NCBI RefSeq assembly: GCF_009914755.1
Contig: NC_060944.1
DNA: 64,000 nucleotides
Source of the DNA: the human T2T-CHM13v2.0 reference genome, Homo sapiens
Reading direction: 5' to 3' (one strand)
The position numbers and the translations under genes were made by a program. The notes under the pieces are model-generated. The model had not been told where the DNA came from, ran no database searches, and saw only the letters and a program-made list of their open reading frames with translations. Shown piece by piece: positions 12,599-25,748 of the stretch. Position 1 is the stretch's first letter. Every line of letters begins with the position of its first letter.

Positions 12599-13229
12599 GT
12601 GGGTGCCTCATCCTCCCTGAACGGGTGTCTTAAGATTTGGGCTGGCTGGATCTGAGCTGTTCCTGGGTGGAGGTAGGGGGTGCAGAATGGGGCCAGCACA
12701 GCCCGCTGCTGTCTTCTCTCTGAATGATCAAGAATAGCAATAGTCTCCTTAAAAGGTACAATCAAAGTGGGACTATAGTGTTCGTAAATTAACTACCTGG
12801 CTACTGTTGGCTTAAAATGGATTGGGAACTTGATGAAACTTGAAATGTATTGCCCATACTCCCCACGCTTGGGGCAGCTTTTCAGCAGCAGTGAGTTGAG
12901 GTGCCTGCTGCTCTCTGGTGCCGCCTGCCTCTTGCCACCACACAGCACCCACGGGGACATGTTCTGGTTTGGATGCACACATGCCCTTGCGTAGGCATGC
13001 ATGGTTCTCCTGCCTGCTGGGAGTTGTTGAAGGCCACAGGGGAGGGTTGTGGACAGGGCACAAGGAAAGAGAGCAGAAGGTCTTACTGGTGGCAAAGGAA
13101 GCAGAGTCATTCCTGGGCAAGGCTGTCTCGAACCCCAGCCTGGCCCTCTGGGGGGTCATAGTTGCCAGTTGGAATCAGATTTTCCACTGAGAGCCTGGTC
13201 TCTGAAAATTAATGTTTCTCTCAGCTGGG

Positions 13230-13590
13230 AGCATCCTCACTATAGACTATGATGCCACAGAGGGTCCTTGCTGCAGGCTGAGGGTCCAGGGAGGGTCTCC
13301 CTGCAGAATGTGATGCCAGGGTGGGTCCTCACTGCAGGCTGGGACCCCAGGGAGGGTTCTCACTCTAGGCTGAGATCAGGGAGGGTCCTCACTGCAGGCC
13401 AGGACCCTGGGGAATGTCATCCCTACAGAAAGTGATGCAAGGGTGGGTCCTCACTGAAGGCTGGGGCCCCAGGGAGGGTCCTCACTGCAGGCGGGGGCCC
13501 CAGGGAGAGTCCTTACTGCAGGCCGGAACCCCAGGGAGGGTCCTCATGGCAGAATGTGATACCAGGAAGTATTCTCATTACAGGCATGGC
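13230..13590 (+). repeat. 31-bp minisatellite, ~12 diverged units (consensus GGGTCCTCACTGCAGGCTGGGACCCCAGGGA)
   Basis: Unit starts at 13323/13354 and 13445/13476/13507/13538 (period 31). Confidence 0.9.
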
Positions 13591-14744
13591 ATCGTGGAGG
13601 ATGGTTCCCTAAGGCAGTGGTGCTTGCTGGGTGGGACCAGCTCGGGACACTGATTGGAGAGCCAAGGAGGGTTATAGCTGCTGAGAAACTTGGGAAGCTG
13701 GAGGGCAACCCCGGCCCTGGAGCTGACCTCTACCCTCTGTCTCTGCCATTGTGGGGGCTATGGCAGTCCAAGTTGGGTGGCCCCTCAGCCATCAGGCTGG
13801 GCACATATTTTCCAGATGGGGCAATAGAAGCCTATTAATTCACAAATATTTATGTCCCTATTCTGTGACAGGTCCCATGGAGGCCATAGATGAGTAAGAC
13901 ATGGGCCTGTGGCCCTAGGGGGCACTACTAGTGAGGAAGATACTGTAGTCTCAGTGGGGCATGGAAGCTCTGCTGCAGGGTGCTGCGCCCCCTCCCCTGC
14001 CGCTGCAGGATCGCTCATGCCGGGGCCACCATACCATGCCCCTCTCTGGCCTGTCCCTGTGTGAGCATAATGCTGCTGCTGCAAAGCTGCCTTTATATTG
14101 CATTGACATGCGCCAACATGCAAGACTGGTGGGCAAGACTCCAGGCCTTGGAAGTGGTTATTTTGGAAGAGTACACTGATGTCATTTAATTGTACATAAT
14201 CAACTGAAGTCTCATCTCAGCAGACCAGAGTTAGCCCTGACATCTCATCTGAGCCTTTTCACAATGTTTAAATAGTATTTTTGTTAACATATTGAGCCCT
14301 GGTTTTCAGAACTATATTATGGTGAATTCTGTTCTGGAACCTACTGGAAAGCATTGGCAATGTCCTTCCACCAAGAAGGAAAAGTGGGACTCAGTGGGGC
14401 TCTGTGTCTGCTCTAGGCCTCGGCAGAGGAGAGCACAGTCGTTTGGAGAGGAGACTTGGTACAAATAAATGTCACCCTCCCCAAACCATTAACAGTCATA
14501 TCCTCAACAATTCCCCCAACACTTTGCAGCTTGCAAAGCCTTTTTCTCAATGGTTATTTCAGCTAATCTTCACAACAGCCTCGAGAATGAGTAGACGTTA
14601 TTGTTCAGTCAATTTTATAGATGATGCAACTGAAGATCAAGGATGTTGGCTGATTCAATCAAGGTGACTCAGCCAGGGAGCACTAGAGCTGGCATTCAAA
14701 CTTGTGAAGCTCAGACTCGGAGCTCCACAAGCCTCCCTTGCCTT

Positions 14745-15065
14745 GTCCACTGACTTGCCTCAGCCTAAATGTCACTTCTGCAGAGAGCTCTTTGTGACTG
14801 CCAAACCCACGTTAGGTCCCCTTTCCATGATTCTCATTAAAATGGCACCAGGTCTTTTTAATTCATAGTGACAAAAATTCATAATTTTTGTCACAGTGGT
14901 CATCTACTTACCTTGTGATGACTTAGTTAATGCCTGATTTCCACCCTAAACTGTGACCACCATGGGGAAAGGATCTGGTCTCTCTGGTCCAATGCTGTGT
15001 ATCCCAGTGGGGCATAGTGTCTGGAACACCGAGAGCACTCAGAAAATATTTGTGTAATGAGTGAT
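14745..15065 (+). mobile_element. L2 3' end
   Basis: aaatgtcacttctgcagagag ... gcactcagaaaatatttgtgtaatgagtga. Confidence 0.65.
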
Positions 15066-15294
15066 GGTAGCCCCTGCTCTTCTCTGAACTTCAATGTCCC
15101 TAACAGTGGAACAAGGTGGTTGGACTTCCTGAGGGTCCTTCTAAATCTTTTATGCTGTGACCCAGAGGGTCTCCCTAACTTAGGACTTTATGAAGAAGAT
15201 ATCAAAATTCTCTGAGATTAATTAAGTCTAGCCAGTGGCATGAGCCAATCTTAATGTGAACAAATTTTGCAATTGCAGTTAGATTTCTTATAGT

Positions 15295-15759
15295 GTATCC
15301 GTTAGTTTTTCCTGCATAACAAACACCTCAAAACTTAGTGGCTTAAAACAACAAATGTTTATCTGGTTAATGATTTTGTGGGTCAGCAGTTTAACTGAGT
15401 TCAGTTGGGTGGTTCTTCTGGCCTTGCTTAGGATCACTTTAGCAGCAGCAATACATTGCCAGATCAGCAGTGGGCTGGTTGGTATGGGAGGCTCACCTGT
15501 GTTCCACATGGTCTCTCAGCTTCCAGCAGGCTAGCTCCAGGTTGTTCACATGGTAGGAGAAGGGTTCCCAGAGCAGCAAGAGCAGAAATTGCAAGATTTC
15601 TTGAGGTCCAGGCTTGAAATAAACACACATCTACTTCCAACACATTCTATTGGTCAAAGCCAGTCACAGGACCAGCCTAGATCAAGGAATGGAGAAATAG
15701 CCTCTACCTCTTGATGGGAAAGGCTGCAAAATATTGTGGCCTTTTTACAAACTACCACA
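15295..15759 (-). mobile_element. MLT1-family MaLR solo LTR
   Basis: tgtatccgttagtttttcctgcataacaaac...cttagtggcttaaaacaac ... actaccaca termini. Confidence 0.8.
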
Positions 15760-15934
15760 TGTAGGAAACATATGGGATATGATTCATGATGATTTTGTTG
15801 AAAAATAACTTAGACTTTTCTGGTACCTATAGCTCCTTGCAGCTCAGTGGGACCCTACTAGCTTCTAGACTTGAATGATGAAAGTTCTATATATTTCCTT
15901 CCTCTTTTCCCTGGAGTGCTTCTTGAACTCACAA

Positions 15935-15986
15935 CGCGAGCGCGCGCGCACACACACACACACACACACATACACACATACACGTG
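15935..15986 (+). repeat. (CG)n(CA)n compound microsatellite
   Basis: cgcgagcgcgcgcgcacacacacacacacacacacatacacacatacacgtg. Confidence 0.95.
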
Positions 15987-16283
15987 AACACCCTCTCACA
16001 ATGTGTTGTCTCATCAACTGCAAGAATTGTATTGTCCAAATTACTGGATTAAGGATTGACATCAACATTTGGGTAAAATGAAGCCCTCACAGCCACTAGA
16101 GGATTCAGAGGATAAACACTCTAAATGGCTTAAAATATGTTTTATAAATACAGTTAAATACAAGGTTCACCCAATCAGCAAATGTTTATTGGACACCTGT
16201 TATATGCAAGGCTGTGAATATCAGTGGGAAGCCATTTCTGGAAAACATTTGCTTCCAGAACATCCAATCAATATATGTATATA

Positions 16284-16576
<293 letters not shown>

Positions 16577-17254
16577 CAGAACATTCAAATCGTATTACAA
16601 ATTTGTTCTTTAATGTAACACTTCTCCTGAGATGCCATCTTCTTTACTTAGAAACCGCAGCTGAGACAGAGGTTCCCCTAGGGTATGTATTAGCTGACTG
16701 TGTCCCTTTTTGAAAACTTTCACCGCCGCTCTACGGGCTTGAAGTGTTTTTTTTTGCAAATACATTCTCCATTGTTTGGTTTTTGCAAGACTCCACATAA
16801 ATTTTCCCATAGCTGCTTTAGCTTCTACAAATGATCACACTCCCTCTCCCTCCTTGGACCTTGGGTTACTTTTGTACCAGACTTGCCGGGGTGGCCTGAG
16901 AATGAGATATAATTCTCAGATAGGGCTGTGTCCCCATCAGCAGCTCCAGGGGGGTAGAGGACCTGGTAGAGGTCAGTTCTTTCCTGTTGAGAGCAGACTC
17001 TGTCCAGGAGTTACAGAAATGGATATTTCCTGATGATGTGACCCAGAAAGAGTCTCCTCCTTCCTGGGACGAGGTGAGGAGGAAAGGGAAGTGGGCTTGG
17101 GACTCAGCAGACCTGGATTCAAATTCCAGCTCCTCCATGCCTCAGCATGGGCCAGATTTCCTTATGCAAGTGATAGCAGCTTCCTATCAAATGGGAGGAG
17201 TAGCAGCGTCTGCCTCCTAGAGTGTCATGAGAAGTAAATGAGGTGTGTGTGTAT

Positions 17255-17610
17255 TGTGGATTCTGTTGCTGCCTCACCAGAGTCCTGCTCATCATTCAGC
17301 TGCTGTGAGTGTTGGCTGCTAACTATTCACAGCTACTCTTTCTTTGGAAAATTGGAACTGTGAACCCAGGAGAGGATAGAAGGGGAGGTCTAGAAACCGA
17401 TATCCTTATCTCAAGGAGTGACCAACTCTGCAACTCCTCATGGGCTCCAGCTAATCCAGCCAGACTCCAGCCACCAAGGCCAAATCTTTACTCAGCTCCT
17501 CCCCTGTCATGTCCTGCCTCCCTCCCGCCCTTCTTCTAAGAGCCCTCTTCAAGTCACTTTCACAGGCATCCCCATCTCAGGCTGTACTTCAGAGGAAGCT
17601 AAACTAAGAG
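17255..17610 (+). mobile_element. LTR16-like ERVL solo LTR (degenerate)
   Basis: cagctgctgtgagtgttggctgctaac... and 3' catctcaggctgtacttcagaggaagctaaactaaga; similar to 11211-11666. Confidence 0.6.
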
Positions 17611-17928
17611 TATGTAAAGAACCAGAGTCAGAAAAACTAGCTATGACTTATTATTTTTTACCATATATAATGCTTTGGTCACACAAGAGCTTCTGTTCAC
17701 CTCTTGCGCTCATTTACAACTTGGTGTTTTTGTATGCATTGTTTCCTCTGATGGGAATCCCCTAGTGTTTTTCAACCAACAAATGCCTATTTGTTCCTTC
17801 AGGGGCACTGCAAATGTCACCTCCTCATCACAGCCTTCCTGGCTGTGTGTAGAGTTTTCCACTCTCTTAGCTCTAAATACCACTTCTGCTAAAGAGCTCA
17901 CATTTTTTACAGGAATTATTGAAAGAAC

Positions 17929-17929
<1 letters not shown>

Positions 17930-17964
<35 letters not shown>
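17930..17964 (+). repeat. (TG)n microsatellite, ~17 units
   Basis: Direct read. Confidence 0.97.
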
Positions 17965-17966
<2 letters not shown>

Positions 17967-17974
17967 TAGAGTCA

Positions 17975-18622
17975 GACTGAATGACATGAATGACATCAGA
18001 TTTGCAGTCTTAAAAGCTCTCAATGACAAGAATGAATACAGGGAGACCAAGTTGAGAGGGTTGGTAATAGGCCAAGTAAAGGATCAAGATCTAGATTGTG
18101 GCAGAGGGGATGGAAAGAAGTAGATGCATTGGAGATAAAGTTAGTGGGTCTTGACAGTGATGGACATAGAGGGAGAGAGAAACGGAGGGGTAAAGGATGA
18201 CTCCTAGGCTTCTACCATGAGCCCATTTTCAGGCATGGTGGTACCATTTTCTGAGTTGGGGAAACCCTGGGGATTTGCAGGTTTGATGATGCCAGACTTG
18301 GATGTGTTATATTTGAGATGCTCATCCACATGGAGATGTTCAAGTAGATAGATGATGGTACAAATCTTGAGCTCATAAGAGAAGTAAATTTGGAAATCTT
18401 CAGCCCATGATATCAAAACCTTGGGAGTGAAGGAGATTTATGGAGAGAGGGAAGAACGAGAAGAGCAGAGGACCAATGACTCTGAGATGTTGAGCTCCAA
18501 CATTTGAAGGCAAAGTAGAGGAGGAGAAGACTGTGAAATAGATTAAGAAGGAGTGGTTTGAGAAGTAGGAGGAGAACTTGGAGTCTTAGAAACCACGGGC
18601 AGAGTAATTCAAGAAGAGAGGG
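17975..18622 (-). mobile_element. L2 segment (resumes at ~20820-21170)
   Basis: Purine-rich antisense L2 motifs (aaggatgactcctaggcttct, tttgagatgctcatccacatggagatg). Confidence 0.7.
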
Positions 18623-18694
18623 GATCTAGGTGAAAAGGATGTTGGATCCACAGTTCCTTAAAATTTATCAAAGGATAAATAAAATCCTTTGATA

Positions 18695-19827
18695 ATGGGA
18701 TCACATCAAGTTAAAACACTTCTGTACAGCAAAGGAAACAATCAACAAAGTGAAGAGACAGCCCACAGAATGGGAGAAAGTATTTGCAAACTACCTGATG
18801 AGATTAGTAATCAGGATATATAAGGAGCTCAAATGACTCTATAGGAAAAAAAATCTCGTAATCCAATTAAAAAATGGGCCAAAGATTTGAATAGACATTT
18901 CTTAAAAGAAGACCTGCAATGGCAAAGAGGCATATGAAAAGTTGCTCAATATCACTGACAATCAGAGAAATGCAAATCAAAACTACAATGAAATGTGATC
19001 TCACCCAGTTAAAATGGCTTATATTCAAAAGACAGGCAATAACGAATGCTGGTGAGGATATGGAGAAAAGGGAACCCTCGTACACTGTTGGTGGGAATGT
19101 AAAATAGTATAACTACTGTGGAGAACAGTTTGGAGGTTCCTCAAAAAACTAAAAATAGAGCTACCATATGATCCAGCAATCCAACTGCTGGGTATATACC
19201 CCAAAGAAAGGAAATCAGTATATTGAAGATATCGGCACTTCCATGTTTGTTGCAGCACTGTTCACAAAGCTAAAACTTGGAAGAAACCTAAGTGTCCATC
19301 AACAGATGAATGGGTAAAGAGAATGTGGTATTTATACACAATGGAGTATTATTCAGCCATACAAAGAGAATGAGATCCATTTGCAACAACATGGATGGAA
19401 CTAGAGATCATCATGTTAAGTGAAATAAGCCAGGCACAGAAAGATAAACATTGCATGTTCTCACTTATCTGTGGGGTCTAAAAATCAAGACAATGAACCC
19501 ATGGAGATAGGGAGTAGAAGGATGGTTACCAGAGGCTGGGAAGGGTAGTGGGGCAGAGGGGGGACATGGGGATGATTAATGTGTACAAAATAGAATGAAT
19601 AAGATTTAATGTTTGATAGTACAACAAAGTATAGTCAATAATTGCGTATTTTAAAATAACTGAAAGAGTATAATTGGGTTGTTTGTGACACAAGGATAAA
19701 TGCTTAAGGGAATGGATAACCCATTCTCCATGATGTAATTATTACTTATTGCATGCCTGTATCAAAATGTCTCATGTACTCTATAAATATGTACACCTAT
19801 GTACACACAAAAATTAAAAATAAAAAA
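18695..19827 (+). mobile_element. L1MA1-3-type 5'-truncated LINE-1 (ORF2 C-terminus plus 3'UTR)
   Basis: Decayed ORF2 peptide ([19 protein letters not shown]...), L1MA 3'UTR, A-tail; imperfect TSD aaaatcctttgataa / aaaatgatttgataa. Confidence 0.9.
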
Positions 19828-19829
19828 TG

Positions 19830-20820
19830 ATTTGATAAATGTTAAATCAAACATTTAAACATACTCAAGGGAACCATAAAGGCACCAGCAAAACAAACCT
19901 TAAGGTATACTTTACAAGTTTGGTGTGGGGAAGGCATTTCTACTATTTAAAGCCTCAGAAGAAAAGACTTAAAATTGGACCATAAATTAACATAAAACTA
20001 AATTAATATAAATATAAAAATTAACATAAAATCAACATATGACTTTTGTATGGCCAAACCAGCATAAGTAAAGTCAGTAGACAAAAGTTGGGCAAGAATA
20101 TTTTCAACTTACACCATAGTTGAAGAACTAATCACCCTTATACATGAAGACTTGCTAGAGATCAGTTCAAAACCCTGGTAGAAAAAAAGGAAGGAGATAT
20201 GAACCAATAGTTTACAGAAAAAGAAATACAAGTGGCTCTTAAGTATGTGAAAAGTGCTAAGAATCATTCATAAATCATAAGACAGCCATTTTTTACCAAT
20301 TGGATTGACCAAAATCCAAAGGTTTGATAACACACTCGGTTGGAGTTCTTATGGGGAAACAGGTACTTTATACATTTCTGTGGGCAGGGTAAATGGACAA
20401 CATCTATCAAAATTGCAAATACATTGACCTTTAACCCAGCAATTCGTTTTTTTGGAAATATGCCCTACAGATATATTTGTACATATGAGAAATGACATAT
20501 TCAAGACTATTCATTTTGATATTGCTTTACTAAAAAAGATGTAAAACAGTACAGTATGCTACCATTTATACAAAAAGGTGATAAGAATGTATATTTCTAA
20601 GTGCTTGCATTTGATTAAATAACCTTGGAAGGATACATGGACGCTAGAGTGGCTTTGCGCGTTGTACATGCATGTACCTCTGTGTGTGTGTGCGTGGTAT
20701 GGGAACTGTGCAGGTGCTGGGCAGGGATAGAAAAAGACTTTTCACCGTATCTTTTTATGTTTAGGGAGTTTTAAACCATGGGAATTTATTATAACTTTAG
20801 AAAGTTAAATAAAATGTAAG
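19830..20820 (+). mobile_element. Older L1ME-type 3' region (host of the L1MA)
   Basis: Highly diverged ORF2 3' motifs (gatatgaaccaatagtttacagaaaaagaaatacaagtggctcttaag, ctttaacccagcaatt). Confidence 0.7.
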
Positions 20821-22700
20821 AAGAAGGAGAGAGTCAGTTAGCTCAAACACTTCTGAGGGATTGGGTGAGATGAAAGTTGAAATGTGTCCAGTCATCTTAG
20901 CGAAAAGGAAGTGACTCTGGGCTTCAGTATAAGCAGTTTTGATGTGCAGGGTCATTGTTCTGGTCCCATGGGCAGATTGAGAAGCGTGAGGTGAGGACAT
21001 GTAAACAGTAAATATAGACAACTTGTGTGAGAAATTTAGCTGTGCAGGACAAGGGCCAGGGCCGAGCTCAATGAGATGAAGATTCCATAGAAGGGATTTT
21101 CTTTTTTTTTTTTTTTTAAAGAAAAGTCTTTAGAATATTTAGTCATCAATGGAAAGTGTCAGGAGAGAGGGTGAAGCTCTGGGTTTAGGAGGGGGAAAGG
21201 CTAAGGGATGCTTTCAGATTTCAGAGAAAGTGGGAGGGTCTGGATCCTGCTCAGAGGTGGTGGCTCTGGCCTTAGCTGGGAGTGCTGGGTGTGGAGGACA
21301 GCAGAGAAAAGGAGTGTGGCTTTGTAGATGGGTTGGCTGGGAGCAGAGGGTGTCTGCACCTGAAGGTGTCAGTCTTCTCAGAGAGTTGGTGGGCCAAGAG
21401 CCAGGGGACTGCGGGTGAGAGGTGGTGGGGAGGTCTGGGGTATTTGCTGTGGGGCATGGGAGAATGAGCTCCCGGTGCTTGTGCTGTGGGGCAGACAGGT
21501 GGGTTAATCCAGGGCAAGAGATCTGCCAGGCAGTTGCACCAGAAGGACACAACAGCTTTTTTTTACTCAAAAGAGACTAATGTAAAGGATCAGGGAATCT
21601 AAGCTGCTTTTAGAGAGAAGACGGGTCCCAGGGCCTGGGGTCCAGTGCAGCTAAAGAGCTAGTGGGGAGCAGCTGGATGGCAAGGACACCTTATTCAGAG
21701 TGGGACGCTGGCTGGTGATTTTGGAAGTGAGCAGGCCATGGCATTGGCAGGGGCCTGGTATGCCTGGGGAGCAGGGAGCTGCATGGGGGAGAAGCTCCTG
21801 GGAGGTGAGGAGCCCACTGCCCAGCACAGCATGGTGGCTGAGCTGAAGGGCCCTGGAAGGATGCCGGGGTAGGGTGGATGGGAAGGTGGGACCCAGAACT
21901 GAAGGCTGGAAGAATGAGGGGCTGGATGCTGATGGGGCTGGGTGTGATGGGATTTATAGGGACAATCAGCAGGGGTCTGAATGGATGGGGCAGTGGAGAG
22001 GGAGAAGGATGTCAGTTCCTCTGAAATTCCTGTTGAGGCAGGAGGCAAGCAGAAGGCGTGTTCTAAGGCAAGGCTGGGAAATAGGGTACTTTGTTCCTAG
22101 AGTGAGAATCCCAGTGGCTCCAGAGCTGTTTGCAAGGGGAATGACACTGCACAATTGAACATAAAGATTCTGGGGACTTACACATGAGGTGCTCCCTGGG
22201 GAGCTCTCAGGTCTCTGGGGTGCGGTGTGTGCCACCAAATGTGAACCTGCTGGCTGTGAGCCTCACAGGGCATGCGCAGCACCCAGTGTGGCCCCTGGCC
22301 CCACTGCCCCTGTAGCATCCCTTCCCGATGCTCCAGCAGAACGTGTGCTGGAGTACAGCCATCATGTCATACAGGCCAACATCCTCATGCTACAGAATGA
22401 GGCTTCTCAGTGCCTCACACCACACCTGGCATGCAACAGACACACAAGAACTTGGAGTTCGTGATTCTTGCTCTTGGTTCCAGCACCACCATCATGTTTG
22501 TGCAGCAACCTTCCTTCACAGATCCCCAAGTTTGCCTGGTCTGTTTCTCTCACCACTTGGATCAAGCATCTCCCCACTAGGGTGGGGAGATGGTACCATC
22601 AGGAGGCCAGAAGACAAGGTGCTGTTCAGCTTCTAGAGGAGAACTCAGACCTGCCGCTCCCTGAGCACTGAGGTCCTTGCGGCCTCAAAGTCACAGCCTC

Positions 22701-22719
22701 CTTCCAGCAGGGGGCAGTG
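22701..22719 (+). promoter_or_regulatory. Candidate CTCF site
   Basis: cttCCAGCAGGGGGCAGtg matches the CTCF core CCASYAGRKGGCRS. Confidence 0.55.
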
Positions 22720-23049
22720 TCAGATGCCCAGAATGGGAAAAAGAGCCAGGAGCTCTGAGTTCGAGGCTCCGCCCTGCTCTTAGGCCTTCACCTGTGCTGG
22801 TATCACTCTGAACCTGTTTCCTCATGTGAATAATGAGGGTAGATGGTCTGTTTTTTCCAGCACTAAATGATGATACCGATGATCAATAACATTTGCCCTG
22901 CACCTCCTTAGGCTCAGGCTCAGGGGCTAAATGTTTTCCATGGGTGGTCTCATTTCATCCTCACATTAACTGTGTAGGTGGGCACTATTGCTGTCCCATT
23001 TTACAGAGGAGGAAACTGCAGCACAGAGAGGCAGAGGAGGGTGAGGCTC

Positions 23050-23480
23050 TTCGAAACAAATAAAAACCCTCCCCAGTAAATGTATTGGAGGCAGGCGACC
23101 CTCCTGCTGCTGTTGAAATCTAAGATTTCTGTCTTAGTAATTCTGGCCTCTGAGTCTGTGTACACTGTAAAGGGCAAAGATGACAAGGCTTTTATTGCTT
23201 TAATTAAAACCTGGGTGAAGAGCTCGCGATTCATATTAAAATGAAATTGTGTTTCACCCGCTGTGGTGCGGAGAAGGTAACAGCGGTGATTACTGCTAAG
23301 ATTACAAACAATCAAAGAGAAAAGGCCTTTTGCAAGCATTTCCTATTAAAGCCACAAACATCACACTTTAAAAATAATTATGGTTGTGTTATCAGAACAT
23401 GATTCATGAGTTCTGAATAAATACCAGAGGCCTTAAAGGAAACTGTTTCAAGACCATAGATTTTGTTCAAATCTGATGAA
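23050..23480. promoter_or_regulatory. Candidate conserved intronic enhancer
   Basis: No recognisable repeat; AT-rich with retained CpGs; TTAATTAA, AACAATCAAAG (SOX/TCF), TGTGGT (RUNX). Confidence 0.4.
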
Positions 23481-24962
23481 ATTTAATATCACTTCACAGT
23501 TGGAGAATAAAATACAAGGAGGGGGAAAAAGCCCATCCTGTGTATATGGAGAGAATTGAGTATATATGTCAGATTGAACTAATGAGCTCTTCCCCATCAA
23601 CCCTAAACACATACTCAGAAAAAATGGCCTAGCTTCTCTTATTTTCACTGAGAGAAAACTGCCGAGGAGGAGTGAGTACTTATATCTCACCAATCTTAAT
23701 TTTACATCCCAATGGCCAAAAATATATTTATTTTAAAGCTCTTGATTCCTGCCTATGAGACGTTTAAATATTTGAGGGCGCAGGCATGGAGACATTGGGG
23801 AATGGATGGGGGGAGGACTTTGGTCTGCATTTATGGTGCCTCCCCTGTCATAAAGATATTTTTCATACAATGCAGTGAATGTTTATGGCATATAGTTTTG
23901 TTTCCTTCCAACTATTATGAGAGAAATTGAATCCCAGGAAATGTTCACTCTCTCTAAATGGGATGGAAACAATGATGATGATGTGGGAAGTGCAGGGGCC
24001 TGGGGGAGGGGATAGCAGTGGGGTGGACACGTGATTTCAAGGATTTTCTTAAAAACAGCACCCTTCCCCCTCCCAGCCACCTCCCAGCCACCTCGAACTT
24101 AGCATCCCCTGTAGGACCTGAGTTTTTACTGGGGAGGGTCAGAGAATGAAGATTTTATACATTGTTCATTGCTGTGTGTGAGCTCACTGGTGACCAAGAA
24201 GTGGAAATGAAGCCAGACGTGGGGACTTTCTCAGAATGGGACTGGGTTCTTATCTTCTGGAGGGTCAGGATCCTGGTTCCGGCCCCTCCTCAGCCTCTCT
24301 CCCTGTGTCCCCTCAGACTGGTCATTTGTCCTCTCTGGGCTCTGGTTTTTGCATCTGTGAATGGGGATTGGATGAATATCTCTGAGGGACCTTCCGGGTT
24401 GACTTACAGCCAAGGGCTCAGCCCCCTTCACCCACTGCCTGAGCGCCCAGGAGGGACAATGGTCTGTCCCAGAGGTCTTCCCCACCTGGCTGAGTCACAC
24501 CAATGCTGAGAGGGCCCCGCAATGAGGCTGGAAGCTGTGTGTCACATTTCAGCCCACCAGGCATGATGATAAGGAGCTGGGTTATAAAGGTAATGACATG
24601 AGAAGGCAGAACTGGGCTCAAATGATAATCTTGACACATGTGGCTGGGGAAGCTTGGACAAGTTAACCAAGTTTTCTGAGCTTCAATTTTGTCTTTAGAA
24701 GTTCCTCAGAGTGATGCAGAAGTAAATTAAGTGTGTTTATATCCAAAGTGGTTATTCTAGTGCTTGGTACATAGCAATTGGTAGTTAGCCTGAGGTGCTA
24801 CTAAAATCCCCATTTTATAGATGGAAAACATTATTTTCAGTAAGGTAAAATGGGACAGGTACATACTCAGCCCCAAGTAGAGGCCCGGAAGCCCTGGGGT
24901 CAGGCCAGTGATGCAGGCCTTCGAAGATGCATCTGCTTGCGAGGTAGCAGGGTCTGTGCCAA

Positions 24963-24981
24963 CAGCCACCCGGTGGCGCCG
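24963..24981 (+). promoter_or_regulatory. Candidate CTCF site
   Basis: cagCCACCCGGTGGCGCcg, one mismatch to CCACCAGGTGGCGC. Confidence 0.45.
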
Positions 24982-25421
24982 AGCTCATAGTTGGGAGGGT
25001 GCTTAGAGCAGAGTGAGGAGCTGGGGCGCATGGCTTTAAGAGGAGTGTGTGTCCAGCTGGGAAGGATGAGCAGGCGGTGAGAGTGACCCATGCACTTGGA
25101 GAGAGAGATGGGGAAGGAGGGCTCTGAGGAAGGTTGCTGTGCATTGGGAGGTGGGATCTTCCTCTTATAAGTCCCCTGAAGAAAACCTTCAGTGAAGTTC
25201 TTTGTAACTGCCCAAAGGCTTTAAAAGTTAGCACAGTGTGACCTTTGGCTATTGACTGCTGGGATGGCCCTCAAGGGTGGGAAGTTTGTGGCTAGTGGTT
25301 ATACTTGTGCCATGTGTAAACTGAGCAGTTGTAGTTTTATTGTTGCCACTAGCCTTCATAAACAATGGTTGGCAATTGCAACAGGAAAGATATAATGGGA
25401 AGGGACGAGGAAGCCTTTTAA

Positions 25422-25748
<327 letters not shown>

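Noticed and set aside
13230-13590. Regularly spaced ~31-bp semi-palindromic repeats resembling a CRISPR array
   Set aside because: Units are head-to-tail with no unique spacers, there are no cas genes, and the context is a primate intron; it is a minisatellite
13908-13928. CTCF-like gtggccctagggggcact (also weak hits near 50795 and 52626)
   Set aside because: Mismatch or wrong spacing in the 5' CCAC/CCAG half; expected by chance in GC-rich DNA
18867-19258. ORFs with similarity to reverse-transcriptase-element proteins (also 38725-39071)
   Set aside because: Frameshifted, stop-riddled L1 ORF2 remnants
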